Of a stretch of 64,000 nucleotides of DNA, positions 1 to 9,323 are shown piece after piece (within the stretch, counting starts at the first letter, position 1; each line of letters starts with the position of its first letter). This stretch comes from Candidatus Bipolaricaulota bacterium (GTDB lineage: Bacteria; Bipolaricaulota; Bipolaricaulia; UBA7950; UBA9294). The notes beneath the pieces are model-generated. The model ran no database searches. It was not told the DNA's origin and saw only the letters and a program-made list of their open reading frames with translations. The stretch lies in the NCBI GenBank assembly GCA_040752575.1, contig JBFMGK010000052.1, positions 17,858 to 81,857 on the forward strand, written 5' to 3'. Position numbers and translations under genes: made by a program.

Positions 1-114
1 AGTCCCCCACGGAAACGAGCCCCCGGCGATCCGCTGCACGATGCCGCCGAGTGCGTACCGTGAGAGCGTCCCCAGCGCTCCCGCAATCCCCAGCAACAGA
101 AGCTTCTGTCCCAC
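1..114 (-). CDS. crcB: Fluoride efflux channel CrcB/FluC, N-terminal part (runs off window)
   Basis: Not in ORF track. Manual translation from GTG at 114 gives [38 protein letters not shown], matching the CrcB GGAxGxxxRY...FPxGT signature. A fluoride riboswitch lies upstream. Confidence 0.92.
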   Translation of the reverse strand, partial: MGQKLLLLGIAGALGTLSRYALGGIVQRIAGGSFPWGT

Positions 115-158
115 GGCCTGTCCCTTCTCCGGGCGGAAGCCCCGCCGCGGATCGACGC

Positions 159-206
159 GTAGGAGCCATCAGCCTGGGTAGGCGGTTCTCGGGGGACTCC
201 ATCCCC
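159..206 (-). ncRNA. Fluoride (crcB) riboswitch
   Basis: Minus strand GGGGATGGAGTCCCCCGAGAACCGCCTACCCAGGCTGATGGCTCCTAC fits the consensus GGxGATGGAGTxxCC..AACCGC..GCTGATGxCTCCTAC. Directly upstream of crcB, with -10-like TAAGAT at 217-222. Confidence 0.92.
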
Positions 207-411
207 ATCGCGAGGGATCTTACCCTACACAGAGCCTTCGACAACCGCCGGGTGAACCGTTGCCTCAAGATCCTGGCCAACTCTCCTGAGGATTTCGTGG
301 GGCAGATCGAGGCACGTGCGCCGTGGGGCTCTGGAGAGGTCCGGCACAAGGCTAAAGGACCGGCGAAGGACTCGATGTGGGCTCCTCGCCCTCTATAGGC
401 GGCACGCGACA

Positions 412-1425
412 TCACCCGCCGGTTCCCGCGTGCGGCGGTGCCGTGTTCTTCCTCCATCGGAACGTCAACCCGAGACAACCCGGCGGGCACTTGCTTGCGC
501 AAGCTCCGCAGACGAGGCACTCGCCATCGTCGACTGACCCGCAGTCCATGACCCCTGCAGGGCAGGACCGCGTGCAGACATGGCATCCTCGGCAATCTCC
601 CTTCTTCCGAAGAACGAGCAGGCGGGCGCGCGATACAAGCGACAGGAGCGCTCCGTAGGGACAGAGGACGCGACAGAACGGGCGGAAGACGACAACCGAT
701 AGAGCCGCCAACAGTGCAGTGAACGCGAGGGTCGCGGGGGGGCCGCCCCAGGTGAAGAGCGGTTTGAATGGCGAGAGGCCGTCGAGGATCACCTCGTGTG
801 TGGCGAGAACCCGCGCGACGAGGTATAGGAGGATCGGGAAGCGAACCCAGCCAAGCGCTCGCGCCACGCGCCGCGGAATTCTCAGTGCCCAACGAGACAC
901 ATGCAGGAGTTCCTGCAAGGCTCCGAATGGGCAGACGTACCCGCAGAACAGCCGGCCCATGACGAGCGCGCCCAAGACCGGGACGAGGAACAGCAGGAGA
1001 TAGGCCGTGTCCCACTTCAGGAAGACGTTCTGTACGGCGGCCGTCGGGCAGAGGAAGCCGCCCATGACAAACCCCAAGACGACAACGGCGGCGGCGAGCG
1101 CGACACGCCGAAGGCGCGGTCTTCCCAGGAGCGCCAGGATGCCGCCTCCCAACATGAAGGCCAGCAGGAGGGCGAGCTTCAGGTCCTGATCGTGGCCGAA
1201 ATAGGGCGTCTGCTTCGGCGTCGGGTCGGCGTCGACGTTGGCGGACTCGGACGGAGGGCCGAATCGGACCTCGCCCTCGAAAAGCGTACCCGGCCCAAAG
1301 GATTGTGCGACGGCGGCCACGCCGATCGACGCGACGACCGCGCCGAGCACGACCCCCCGCCAGAGCGCCGAGGGAGTCCTAGGATGGCCCTTCCGGGACG
1401 GGCTACGAGGCCAGAAGGTGGTCAT
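412..1425 (-). CDS. Membrane 4Fe-4S binding protein (NapH/MauN/NosR-like polyferredoxin)
   Basis: GRLFCGYVCPFGALQE and RPFCRVLCPYGA motifs, two C-terminal CxxCxxCxxxCP clusters, multiple TM segments. Confidence 0.85.
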   Translation of the reverse strand: MTTFWPRSPSRKGHPRTPSALWRGVVLGAVVASIGVAAVAQSFGPGTLFEGEVRFGPPSESANVDADPTPKQTPYFGHDQDLKLALLLAFMLGGGILALLGRPRLRRVALAAAVVVLGFVMGGFLCPTAAVQNVFLKWDTAYLLLFLVPVLGALVMGRLFCGYVCPFGALQELLHVSRWALRIPRRVARALGWVRFPILLYLVARVLATHEVILDGLSPFKPLFTWGGPPATLAFTALLAALSVVVFRPFCRVLCPYGALLSLVSRARLLVLRKKGDCRGCHVCTRSCPAGVMDCGSVDDGECLVCGACASKCPPGCLGLTFRWRKNTAPPHAGTGG

Positions 1426-2056
1426 AACGCCAGAACCAGCTCGGTCCGACGATCAACAGCGGCGACATCGCATCCCCGTCAACGAGGTAGAACACGACGA
1501 CAGGCGACGACTCCTGCTCAAGGCCTGATGGCACATCGGACAGGGTTAGGGTATGTCCTCCGACCGTCAGGACACCGTCGGAGTAGGCGGGTGCGCCGAC
1601 CCGATGGAGCACGTCGCCGGTTGAGGGGACCGAGAAGGGGTAGGTGCCGCCCCACGCCTGAGCCCATGCCCCATCGTCCGTCGCGGGCAGGATCGTCACG
1701 GGCATCCGGGCCTCCTCGTATCCCTCCTTGCTGCAGGTCTTCGAGACCATCACGTACCCCTCGCCTTCCTCGGCAAGCGAGATCATGAGCCACGTCTCGA
1801 TGACGTTGCGCTGGACCTCCGTCCACGGAGTCTGAGCGAGGATCTGGACTCCCGACACGGTGATGTCGTAGTCGTATGGGTCCGGCAGGCTGCAGTTGTT
1901 GTGGTCCTTGACCACGCGGACACCGATCTCGCCCGACGCGCCGAGGGGTGCGGCGATGGATTCGTAGCTGAACAGGAAGTCGCATCCCAGAGCGCCGACC
2001 GCGACGAGCCCAAGCATCGCGGCAAGTGTCACGACGAACATCACGTTTCGAGCCAT
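1403..2056 (-). CDS. Hypothetical exported protein
   Basis: MARNVMFVVTLAAMLGLVAVGALGC signal peptide after a purine-rich RBS; overlaps the start of the 4Fe-4S gene. Confidence 0.7.
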   Translation of the reverse strand: MARNVMFVVTLAAMLGLVAVGALGCDFLFSYESIAAPLGASGEIGVRVVKDHNNCSLPDPYDYDITVSGVQILAQTPWTEVQRNVIETWLMISLAEEGEGYVMVSKTCSKEGYEEARMPVTILPATDDGAWAQAWGGTYPFSVPSTGDVLHRVGAPAYSDGVLTVGGHTLTLSDVPSGLEQESSPVVVFYLVDGDAMSPLLIVGPSWFWRYDHLLAS

Positions 2057-2237
2057 CCGTTCTCCCTTCCCTTCGAAGTCCTTCCGGCGAACGCCACACT
2101 CAGTGGACGTCCCGTTGCGCACAGATCCTGCACGCCGAGGCCCCTGCCCGAGCTTCGGCCCTCTGGCGAGCTGCACCCGATGCCCCAAAGCACGGCGCGG
2201 AGGGTTCCGCAAGCGCCCCCGCGCCGCATCTCGCAAA

Positions 2238-2549
2238 CTAGCTGCAGCTGCCGCCGCAGGACGCTGCGCCGCGGCCCATGCCTCGCCCGGCTCCGGTACC
2301 TCCGCGGTACCCCGTCCCATCTAGGGGGCGCGTTGGCGAGAGACCTTGGCCGTAGCCCTGTCCTGCTCCACCGCCGGAACCCGCCAGAGCGCGGACGCAG
2401 TCTCCCCCGCACGTCGCCGACGTGCACGTACCTGCGGCCTGCTGCCCGGCGCCACGCCCGCCCCATCCTGCGGCCAGAGCGACAACTCCCGTCGCGAGCA
2501 GCGAGACCACCGTGATCCCTACCATGAAGCCCTTCATTCGCTTGTTCAT
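2238..2549 (-). CDS. Small exported Gly/Cys-rich protein
   Basis: GGAGGA RBS; MNKRMKGFMVGITVVSLLATGVVALA signal peptide; PLDGTGYRGG Gly-rich tail ending CGGSCS. Confidence 0.7.
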   Translation of the reverse strand: MNKRMKGFMVGITVVSLLATGVVALAAGWGGRGAGQQAAGTCTSATCGGDCVRALAGSGGGAGQGYGQGLSPTRPLDGTGYRGGTGAGRGMGRGAASCGGSCS

Positions 2550-2619
2550 GTGTTCCTCCGTGTGAAGCCGAAGATGGGATGATCCTGCCCGGGCCGGATG
2601 GGACGGCTGGGGCAAGGGT

Positions 2620-2678
2620 GTGGCAGTCCGTTGAGGAGATCGCGGACGATTTGTGGACGCGGCGTGGAGGCGAAGTGA
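2620..2678 (-). promoter_or_regulatory. 11-bp-phased direct repeats, putative OmpR/PhoB-family operator
   Basis: GTGG/TTGA/GCGG/GTGG/GTGG/GTGA at 2620, 2631, 2642, 2653, 2664, 2675 (minus strand TCCAC-like cores), upstream of the gene starting at 2549. Confidence 0.5.
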
Positions 2679-2846
2679 ACCGACGGCCGAACGAGCTGCC
2701 CGCGGGTTGCGCCTTGCTGCTCCGAGTCGCAGCAAGGCGTCTGCTGCTTGAAAAACCCGTGCTCACGAACAGACAGCGGCACGGCCGGTCGTAGGCCATG
2801 CCGCTTCGATCGAGAGAACAGAGTGCTGGCTGGCGGGACGCAGGCC

Positions 2847-3011
2847 CTAGCGGCCTGCTCTTGGCTGCTCCGCGGCTCCCTGTGCGCCGTCGCCGAGGAT
2901 TGTCGACCCGATGCCCGTCTCTCCCTGGTTCTGGTCTCCCCCTGCGTAGACGGCGATCGATCCGAACAGCACGACGAGGCCAACAACCATGACCCAGACG
3001 ATCTTCTTCAT
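2847..3011 (-). CDS. Small exported hypothetical protein (54 aa)
   Basis: MKKIVWVMVVGLVVLFGSIAVYA signal peptide, AAAGGGGA RBS, TATAGT -10-like box upstream. Confidence 0.6.
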   Translation of the reverse strand: MKKIVWVMVVGLVVLFGSIAVYAGGDQNQGETGIGSTILGDGAQGAAEQPRAGR

Positions 3012-3489
3012 CAACTCGTCCCCTTTCATCTTGCCGGCGGTTCGCGCCGGGCGGTCGTGAAACACTCCAGAAGCACGAGGACTATACACGATGGCACCCC
3101 GCCTCGTCGGCGTTGCCGCTCGTTGAGCCTGGGCGCTTCGGCTCACCAAGATGCACTCTGAAGCTGTCCGCTTGCCGCATGCAGAACTCTGGTACGGGGA
3201 CAAGACGGAGGACGGAGCCGCCTGCTCGCCGGCTGGGGCTGGAAGAGCCCAACGGGAGCCTTCGAGAGCGACGCTTCGAGATCTCGATCCAGAAGGATCC
3301 GCCGTCGTCTCGGTCTTGGGCCGTCGCGCTGCGGTCCACCAGGGCCGTACCCACGGCCGGCCTGCCCTCCGAGACTACGCGCTCTGCCTCGGGCTCTGTC
3401 CATCGATGGGGGTGTACGACGACGCGACGCTCGATCGTCGAGAAGGCAGCTGTGCAGTCGCCGAGATGGGGCGGCGGGCCCCGCATGGG

Positions 3490-3765
3490 CTAAGCCTTCC
3501 AGACCGTCCAGGCGCCGATGACGATGAACAGCGCTCCTGCGCCGACGCGGACCCAACGTGTTCACGTGTCGGGGAGCACGTGATGGACGGCGACCGCTAG
3601 GAGCACGGCGATCAGCGTCGACGCGAGCCGAGCCGCCCCCGCACCGATCAGCACCCCCCAGGGAGACGCCGTCTCCGATGCCAGCGTGAACACGGCCAGT
3701 TGAGTCTTGTCGCCGAGTTCGGCAAGAAAGACGAGACAGAATGTTGACAGGACGATCTTGAGCAT
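3490..3765 (-). pseudogene. TMEM165/GDT1 (UPF0016) family cation transporter interrupted by an in-frame TGA at 3562-3564
   Basis: FLAELGDKTQLA motif; the same frame continues past TGA as TRWVRVGAGALFIVIGAWTVWKA*, the expected third TM helix; AAGGAGG RBS. Confidence 0.8.
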
Positions 3766-3990
3766 CTGCCCCTCCTTGGCCGTGCCGACCTTACTTGACG
3801 AGGCCGAGGCGCTCAGATTCCGTCCGGTCTTACCGCTGCCCTATGCACCCGTCGGTCCCTCGACCTGCCCGGCGCAACGTCCGCGGATTGCGGGCCGATG
3901 TCCACGCGCTACTCTCTGGAGTTGCAGATCAGACGGTCGGCGGGAGGTGGCGTGGCGGAGCGGACGGCGATCTCATTCCCGAGGCGAACC

Positions 3991-6951
3991 ATGGCGGCGC
4001 GCTGGGGCGAGCGGCTCCTCCTCGCGCTCCTCGCGGGTCTTGGGACGGCCCTGTTCACGTTTCTCGCGCTGGAGCTGGCACGCGGGACGCCGTTCGCCGA
4101 GGCGCTGGGACGGGCTTCCGAGGCTCTGGGCGAATACCTGGGTCGGCTCCTGCGAGGCGACCTGGGGACGACGCAGGCAGGAGCCTGGAGTTCGCGAAGG
4201 ATCCCCGTCGCTCAAGCCATGGCCGAGACCCTTCCACGCAGCCTCGGCCTTCTGGGCGTGACGTTGGGTTTCTCCACTCTGATCGGGATTGTCCTCGGAA
4301 CGCTTGCCGCGGTCTCGAAGCGAAACCTCGGAGCGTCGCTCCTTCTGTTTCTCTCGATGCTCGGCGCATCGACTCCGAGCTTCTTCCTCGCGCTGCTCTT
4401 GCAGCTCTTCGTGCTCTTGTTGACTCGATCCGCGGGCCGGGCGATCCTCCCGGTGGGGGGCTTCGGATGGGGTCTACATCTCGTCCTGCCGACCCTGGTC
4501 CTGGCGGCAAGGCCGGTCTCTCAGATCGCAAGGATCACGTTCATTCGGACCCGCGAGGTTCTCAACGAGGACTTCGTGCGCACGGCACGGGCCAAAGGAG
4601 TGGGCCGCTGGGATGTCCTGGCAGGCCACGTCGCGCGCAACGTGGCCGTACCCGTCCTTACGACAGCCGCGGTCTCACTGCGCTTCGCACTGGCAAGCCT
4701 CCCCGTCGTCGAGATCTACTTCGCGTGGCCGGGCGCGGGACGGAAGCTTCTGCAGGCGCTATCCGACGGGGACGCCAATCTCGCCGTCGGGCTCCTGCTT
4801 GCGCTGGCCTTCCTGTTCTTCCTCGTTCAGCTCTTGCTTGAGTGGGTCTTCCCGGCCCTCGATCCGAGACTGGCGGATGCTCCGCCTGACGTGCGTGATG
4901 TACCGCGACGCCTGCGCGATCTTCTGGCTTACGCCGTCCAACGGGTCCGCGGCGCGTCCCTTCACCCCTTTCGTTGGCTTCGCCAAAGCCTCGGCGCGCT
5001 CGTTGCCCGTTCGGCCCGCGGGACGGCGCGGGACAGGTCCGAGAAGCGCCCGCGACGCAGCCTACGCAGACTCATCGCGTCGGCCAACCCGGCCTTTCTC
5101 TTCGGCGCTTTCGTTGGCGTTGGGCTTCTTGCCATCGTCTTCTTTGGAGCGTGGCTGGCGCCACATAGCCCGTACTTCATGGCCGGGGTCGAGAAGGCTG
5201 ATGGCGTCTACAGGGCGCCGCCGTTTGCGCCGAGCGAGCGCTTCCCCTGGGGCACCGACGGCCTGGGACGAGACCTGATGAGCCTTGTCCTGATCGGGGC
5301 GCAGCAGACGCTGCTCATGGCGTCCGTTGCGGTTGCGGCTCGCATGGTTGTCGGAGTGTCCCTTGGAGCGATCGCCGGATGGCGGCGAGGCTCCATACTA
5401 GATCGCGCAATCGTCGGCTTTGCACAGGTCCTTGCTCCGTTCCCGGCCCTTCTCCTGACGATCCTCGTCATCATGGCCGTCGGAATCCAACGGGGCATCC
5501 TTCCGTTTGCCGCCGGGCTCTGCGTCGTGGGCTGGGGAGAGATCGCGCAGCTCGTTCGCGCAGAAATCATCGCCCTAAGGGAGAGACCGTTTGTCGAGGG
5601 TGCGCGAGCCGTCGGCGCGAGCACACCGCGCTTGATTGTCGTTCACCTCATTCCGCACCTGATGCCGTCTCTGACGGCGCTGGCGGCTCTGGAGCTCTCG
5701 TCGGTGCTCATGCTGCTTGGGGAGCTGGGTTTCCTTGGCATCTTCCTCGGGGGAGGCTCCGCGGTGGAGGTGAACGCCTTCTCGCCCTTGGCGCAGTACT
5801 CGAACGTCCCTGAGTGGGGTGCGCTTCTCGCGACCTTCCGCCAGTCGGCGCGGGCCTATCCGTGGGTCGTGTTCTATCCGTCGCTCGCGCTCTTTCTTTC
5901 TTCGTTCGGGTTCCACCTGCTTGGAGAAGGCATCCGGCGTGAGATCGAGCGAGGGCAGCTGGCGCTGCGCCGCGCCTTCCGCCGCCTCGCCGTCGCCGGC
6001 GTGGCTGTCGGAGGTCTCGCGCTCTTGCTCTTGGCAGGCAATCTGGGTCCGGAGGCGCTCTACCGAAGGGATGCCGCGCGGTTTGATGGGCAAGAGGCTC
6101 TGCTGGTTGTGGCGGCGCTGACCTCGTCAAACCTCCGTGGACCCGAGACGGGGTCCCCTGGGGCTGCGGGGGCGGCCGAGTTCATCGCGCGCGAGTACAA
6201 GCGCCTGGGCCTCCAACCGGTCGGCGACGGCGGGTCGTATTTCTCCTCGGTTCGTGCGGTTGAGAACGTCGACGACGTTCCCAACCGGCGCGTGGTCGGT
6301 TGGGTGGCGGGAGCGGACAGCGCGTCGAAGGACCGACTTGCCCGGCAGGTCATCGTGGTCATGGCGTGCTATGGCGCGCTGTGCGACGGTGACGCTGCGT
6401 CTGCTGGAAATGCCGCAGGGGACGTGACTGGTGTCGCCGTCCTCCTGGAGGCCGCCCGACTCCTGACGCAGACCGAGTATCAGGCGAACAGAAGCTTCCT
6501 CTTCGTCGCCTACGGCGAGGCGGGTTGGGGAGAAGACGGGGCTCGCAGCGACCCGACGGCCAGCCGCTTGCTCGACGAGATCTCGCTACCTTCGCACTAC
6601 TTCACCCTCAAGGCCGCCGTCCGCCTTGAGGCCTTTGCCGGAGACGAGCGGGCGCGCTTGTGTGTCGAAACTGCAAGGGGTTCCGAGCTTTCGGAGATCT
6701 TCCGGTCGTCTGCCGCGCGCCTCGGGGTGGGCGCGTCGGTGAGCCTGCTGGAGGGTCGGACCCAAGACCCCGGGGAGTCGGGAGACGACGCGGTGCCCGA
6801 AGTCACCCTCTCCCTGGGCCGATGCGGGGAGAGGCTTACCGAGGGTCCCGTGGCGGATTCGGTCTCGACGATCGCGGTCGAACGAGCGGGGCGGGCGGTG
6901 ACTTTGGGCCTGATGGTCCTCGGTCGGGAGAAGCTCGACGGATCGATCTGA
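3991..6951 (+). CDS. Fusion of DppB-type and DppC-type peptide ABC permeases with a C-terminal degenerate M28 peptidase-like domain
   Basis: DFVRTARAKG (EAA motif 1), PWGTDGLGRD, PFVEGARAVGAS (EAA motif 2), PEWGALL, then M28-like AAEFIAREYKRLGLQP / GVAVLLEAAR / RSFLFVAY. Confidence 0.85.
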   Translation: MAARWGERLLLALLAGLGTALFTFLALELARGTPFAEALGRASEALGEYLGRLLRGDLGTTQAGAWSSRRIPVAQAMAETLPRSLGLLGVTLGFSTLIGIVLGTLAAVSKRNLGASLLLFLSMLGASTPSFFLALLLQLFVLLLTRSAGRAILPVGGFGWGLHLVLPTLVLAARPVSQIARITFIRTREVLNEDFVRTARAKGVGRWDVLAGHVARNVAVPVLTTAAVSLRFALASLPVVEIYFAWPGAGRKLLQALSDGDANLAVGLLLALAFLFFLVQLLLEWVFPALDPRLADAPPDVRDVPRRLRDLLAYAVQRVRGASLHPFRWLRQSLGALVARSARGTARDRSEKRPRRSLRRLIASANPAFLFGAFVGVGLLAIVFFGAWLAPHSPYFMAGVEKADGVYRAPPFAPSERFPWGTDGLGRDLMSLVLIGAQQTLLMASVAVAARMVVGVSLGAIAGWRRGSILDRAIVGFAQVLAPFPALLLTILVIMAVGIQRGILPFAAGLCVVGWGEIAQLVRAEIIALRERPFVEGARAVGASTPRLIVVHLIPHLMPSLTALAALELSSVLMLLGELGFLGIFLGGGSAVEVNAFSPLAQYSNVPEWGALLATFRQSARAYPWVVFYPSLALFLSSFGFHLLGEGIRREIERGQLALRRAFRRLAVAGVAVGGLALLLLAGNLGPEALYRRDAARFDGQEALLVVAALTSSNLRGPETGSPGAAGAAEFIAREYKRLGLQPVGDGGSYFSSVRAVENVDDVPNRRVVGWVAGADSASKDRLARQVIVVMACYGALCDGDAASAGNAAGDVTGVAVLLEAARLLTQTEYQANRSFLFVAYGEAGWGEDGARSDPTASRLLDEISLPSHYFTLKAAVRLEAFAGDERARLCVETARGSELSEIFRSSAARLGVGASVSLLEGRTQDPGESGDDAVPEVTLSLGRCGERLTEGPVADSVSTIAVERAGRAVTLGLMVLGREKLDGSI

Positions 6952-7283
6952 CCTGTCTGCGCGGCGTCTGCGCCTCTGCGCTCTCGAGATTCGGCGAGTT
7001 CATCCCCTTCGTTCTGCCGCTCTCAACGTCTTGGTTTGCCAGTTCTTCGCCATGGACCCGGCCTGGCGTCCTCGGCCGCAGTCCGCGGGATCCTGTCCGC
7101 GCGGACATCACACGGGGCGCGGAAGCTGCCGACGGAGCTCCCGCCAAGGCAGAGCCCGCGGGAATCGAGCAAGGCGATGGAGTGGTTGCCCGCGGACCGG
7201 TTCCGCCCGACGACCCAGACCCGAGGCGGGACGCCAGGGAGACGACTCCATGGATCGCTCACACCCTGTCCGCGGCCGCTGCC

Positions 7284-9095
7284 CTAGGGAGCCCAACCGA
7301 TCGGTCCCGCGGTCATCAACATCTGCGCGAACGCTGTTCCCCACTGCGCAGTAGACGCGATAACCCTTATCTGGTCGGTGCTTGCGGACGATCCTCCGTT
7401 GTATGAGACCTGCACCACGGCGCTCCCCGTCCCCGACGAGGTCACCTGGGCCGGAGTCGCGGCGAATCCCGCGACCACCGATCCGCCCGAGAGCATCTCC
7501 ACACGCAGCCAGACGGGGAGTCCTGCGCTTCCATCGTACGTGTAGCTCACGGTGATCTGTGCGCTCTTCCACTGCCCGAAGATCGGGCCCGATAGGCTCA
7601 CGTGTACGTCGGTGAAGCCGAACGTGCCCGTCGGCGACGGTGGCGGCCCAAGAACCGGTGCGATCGACAGCCGGCCGATGAAGTTGCCCTGATCGGCGGT
7701 GAACCAAAGCTGCTCTTCCCCATCCAGAGAGAGGAACAACGGTTGGGGGTTGCCCGTCAGCGGGTAGATCGTCAACTCGTTTGAGAACGGGTTCAGTCGC
7801 CCGATGGTGTTCGCGGTGCGATCGGTGAACCAGAGGTTGCCCACGGAGTCCCGCACCAGGTCGAAGGGCTGCCCCCCTCCGGCGATCGCCCACAAGCGGA
7901 CGTCGGCGCTCGCTGGCTCCAGCACGCCGATCGCCGGCCGGCCGAGGTCGGTGAACCAGACCCAGCCATTCGGGCCGACGGTCAGACCCAGGGCCTGCGT
8001 TCCCGGCGGCAGGCCGTAGTAGGATGCCACGTTGGTCGCTGGATCCAGAACCGCGATGCTCGTCGCTCCGTCCGCGAACCAGACCCGTCCATCGGCTGTA
8101 ACCGCAGCCCGTACCGCATCGCCCGGACCGTCCCACTCGGCGAACGGGGCGGCGGGTGTGGGCGTCAGCAGCGCCACGGGCGGAGGCAGCATCGGGTTTC
8201 CGGGATGGAGTTCAGGCGACACGGTACTCGTGACGCCGACGATCTCGGAGGTCGTCGGCGCGACCGTCGTCGGCGACGTCGTGATCAGGATCATCGGGAT
8301 GGGCACGATTGCGGGAGCGAAGCGCGCCAGCTTGCCCGTGTTTCGCTCAGGAACCCAGAGGTTGATCTGGCCTGGGCCCAACGGCGCGTAGACGGGAACC
8401 CCAGGCAGGGAGTTTGGCGTGGGCAGACTCCACTGGCTGGTCCCCCCGGTGAACGCCATCACCTCGAGGGCGTTCGCCGTCGCGAGCGAGTAGTAGAGCG
8501 ATCCGCCTGTCGAGACGTAGAGGCCGAAGGGACCTCCCGTCGTGTTCCGCTCGCGCATCTGATTCGCGGTGGGGTCGAGTTGACCGATCTTGTTGCCCGC
8601 GTACTCGGTGAAGTAGACCTTGCCATCCGCGCTGACGCCGATCCCACTGGGCCGCGCGTTCGCGGTGGGGACTGCCCACCGCGTGAGCTGTGCAGTGTCC
8701 ATCCCGGGCGACGGGGTCGGAGACGGTGCAGTGCCGACCGTTACCGTGATCGTTCCGCAGGGGAAAGACGTTGATCCGGGGACGGCGACCGTGGCTTGAT
8801 AGGCCGAGCCGTCGCGCATTCCGCCAAGCTGCAGCACCGTCGGCGTCTGCTCGAAGTCGTACTCCAGCACGGTCGTCTCGCCGAGGGGCACGGTGTAGAG
8901 GGCAATCTGCAAGTGCACGGGAACAATCAGAACCAGGAACAGCACTTGCGTGATCGTGAGCTGTGCGCAACTCGTGTTCGTCACCGCCAGCGTCACGTGC
9001 GTCGTCGCTACCCCCGTCAGCGACAGGCCGGCGATGAGCAGCACCACGACCGTGGCCAACACTCCCGTCTTCAGAGCCTTCCGAGCACAGATCAC
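7284..9095 (-). CDS. Exported Vgb-lyase-like/NHL beta-propeller protein
   Basis: Repeated blades GKVYFTEYAGNKIGQLDP, GWVWFTD, GNLWFTDRTANTIGRLNP, QLWFTADQGNFIGRL; signal peptide; GGAGGTGG RBS before GTG at 9095. Confidence 0.8.
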   Translation of the reverse strand: MICARKALKTGVLATVVVLLIAGLSLTGVATTHVTLAVTNTSCAQLTITQVLFLVLIVPVHLQIALYTVPLGETTVLEYDFEQTPTVLQLGGMRDGSAYQATVAVPGSTSFPCGTITVTVGTAPSPTPSPGMDTAQLTRWAVPTANARPSGIGVSADGKVYFTEYAGNKIGQLDPTANQMRERNTTGGPFGLYVSTGGSLYYSLATANALEVMAFTGGTSQWSLPTPNSLPGVPVYAPLGPGQINLWVPERNTGKLARFAPAIVPIPMILITTSPTTVAPTTSEIVGVTSTVSPELHPGNPMLPPPVALLTPTPAAPFAEWDGPGDAVRAAVTADGRVWFADGATSIAVLDPATNVASYYGLPPGTQALGLTVGPNGWVWFTDLGRPAIGVLEPASADVRLWAIAGGGQPFDLVRDSVGNLWFTDRTANTIGRLNPFSNELTIYPLTGNPQPLFLSLDGEEQLWFTADQGNFIGRLSIAPVLGPPPSPTGTFGFTDVHVSLSGPIFGQWKSAQITVSYTYDGSAGLPVWLRVEMLSGGSVVAGFAATPAQVTSSGTGSAVVQVSYNGGSSASTDQIRVIASTAQWGTAFAQMLMTAGPIGWAP

Positions 9096-9323
9096 CTGAA
9101 CCACCTCCGAAGCACTCCTTACGCCGTTCGGCAAGCCGTCGCCCTGCGTCCCGAAACGCCGTGACTTGCCTGTCTAGCTTTCCTGCACCGTATCACGTCA
9201 GGCGAGCTGAGCCAACCGCAACCCTCGCGCCAATCGGCGTTTCGATCCGCCGCTCGATGCCCGTCTGCCGTTGGCTAGGGCTCTCCAGACCTACACCACG
9301 GCGCATCTGAGAGTCCCTGGCGG

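Noticed and set aside
3082..3490. ORFs between the small exported peptide and GDT1
   Set aside because: No recognisable motif, RBS or coherent coding signal in any frame.
3562..3564. Selenocysteine or genome-wide TGA recoding
   Set aside because: The position is a loop with no Cys counterpart that I know of in GDT1, no convincing SECIS follows, and TGA terminates many conserved genes here at their expected ends (yicC, gmk, era, gatD).
6952..7283. Possible ncRNA or ORF between convergent genes
   Set aside because: No recognisable RNA family consensus or credible protein.
7284..9095. True streptogramin B resistance lyase (vgb)
   Set aside because: The signal peptide and extra N- and C-terminal domains indicate a generic exported beta-propeller, and catalytic residues could not be confirmed.
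9128..9172. c-di-GMP-I riboswitch upstream of the beta-propeller gene
   Set aside because: Only scattered similarity (GGCAAG, GGGACGCA). It lacks the GNRA-capped P2 and the P3 arm, and appears to be a simple hairpin.
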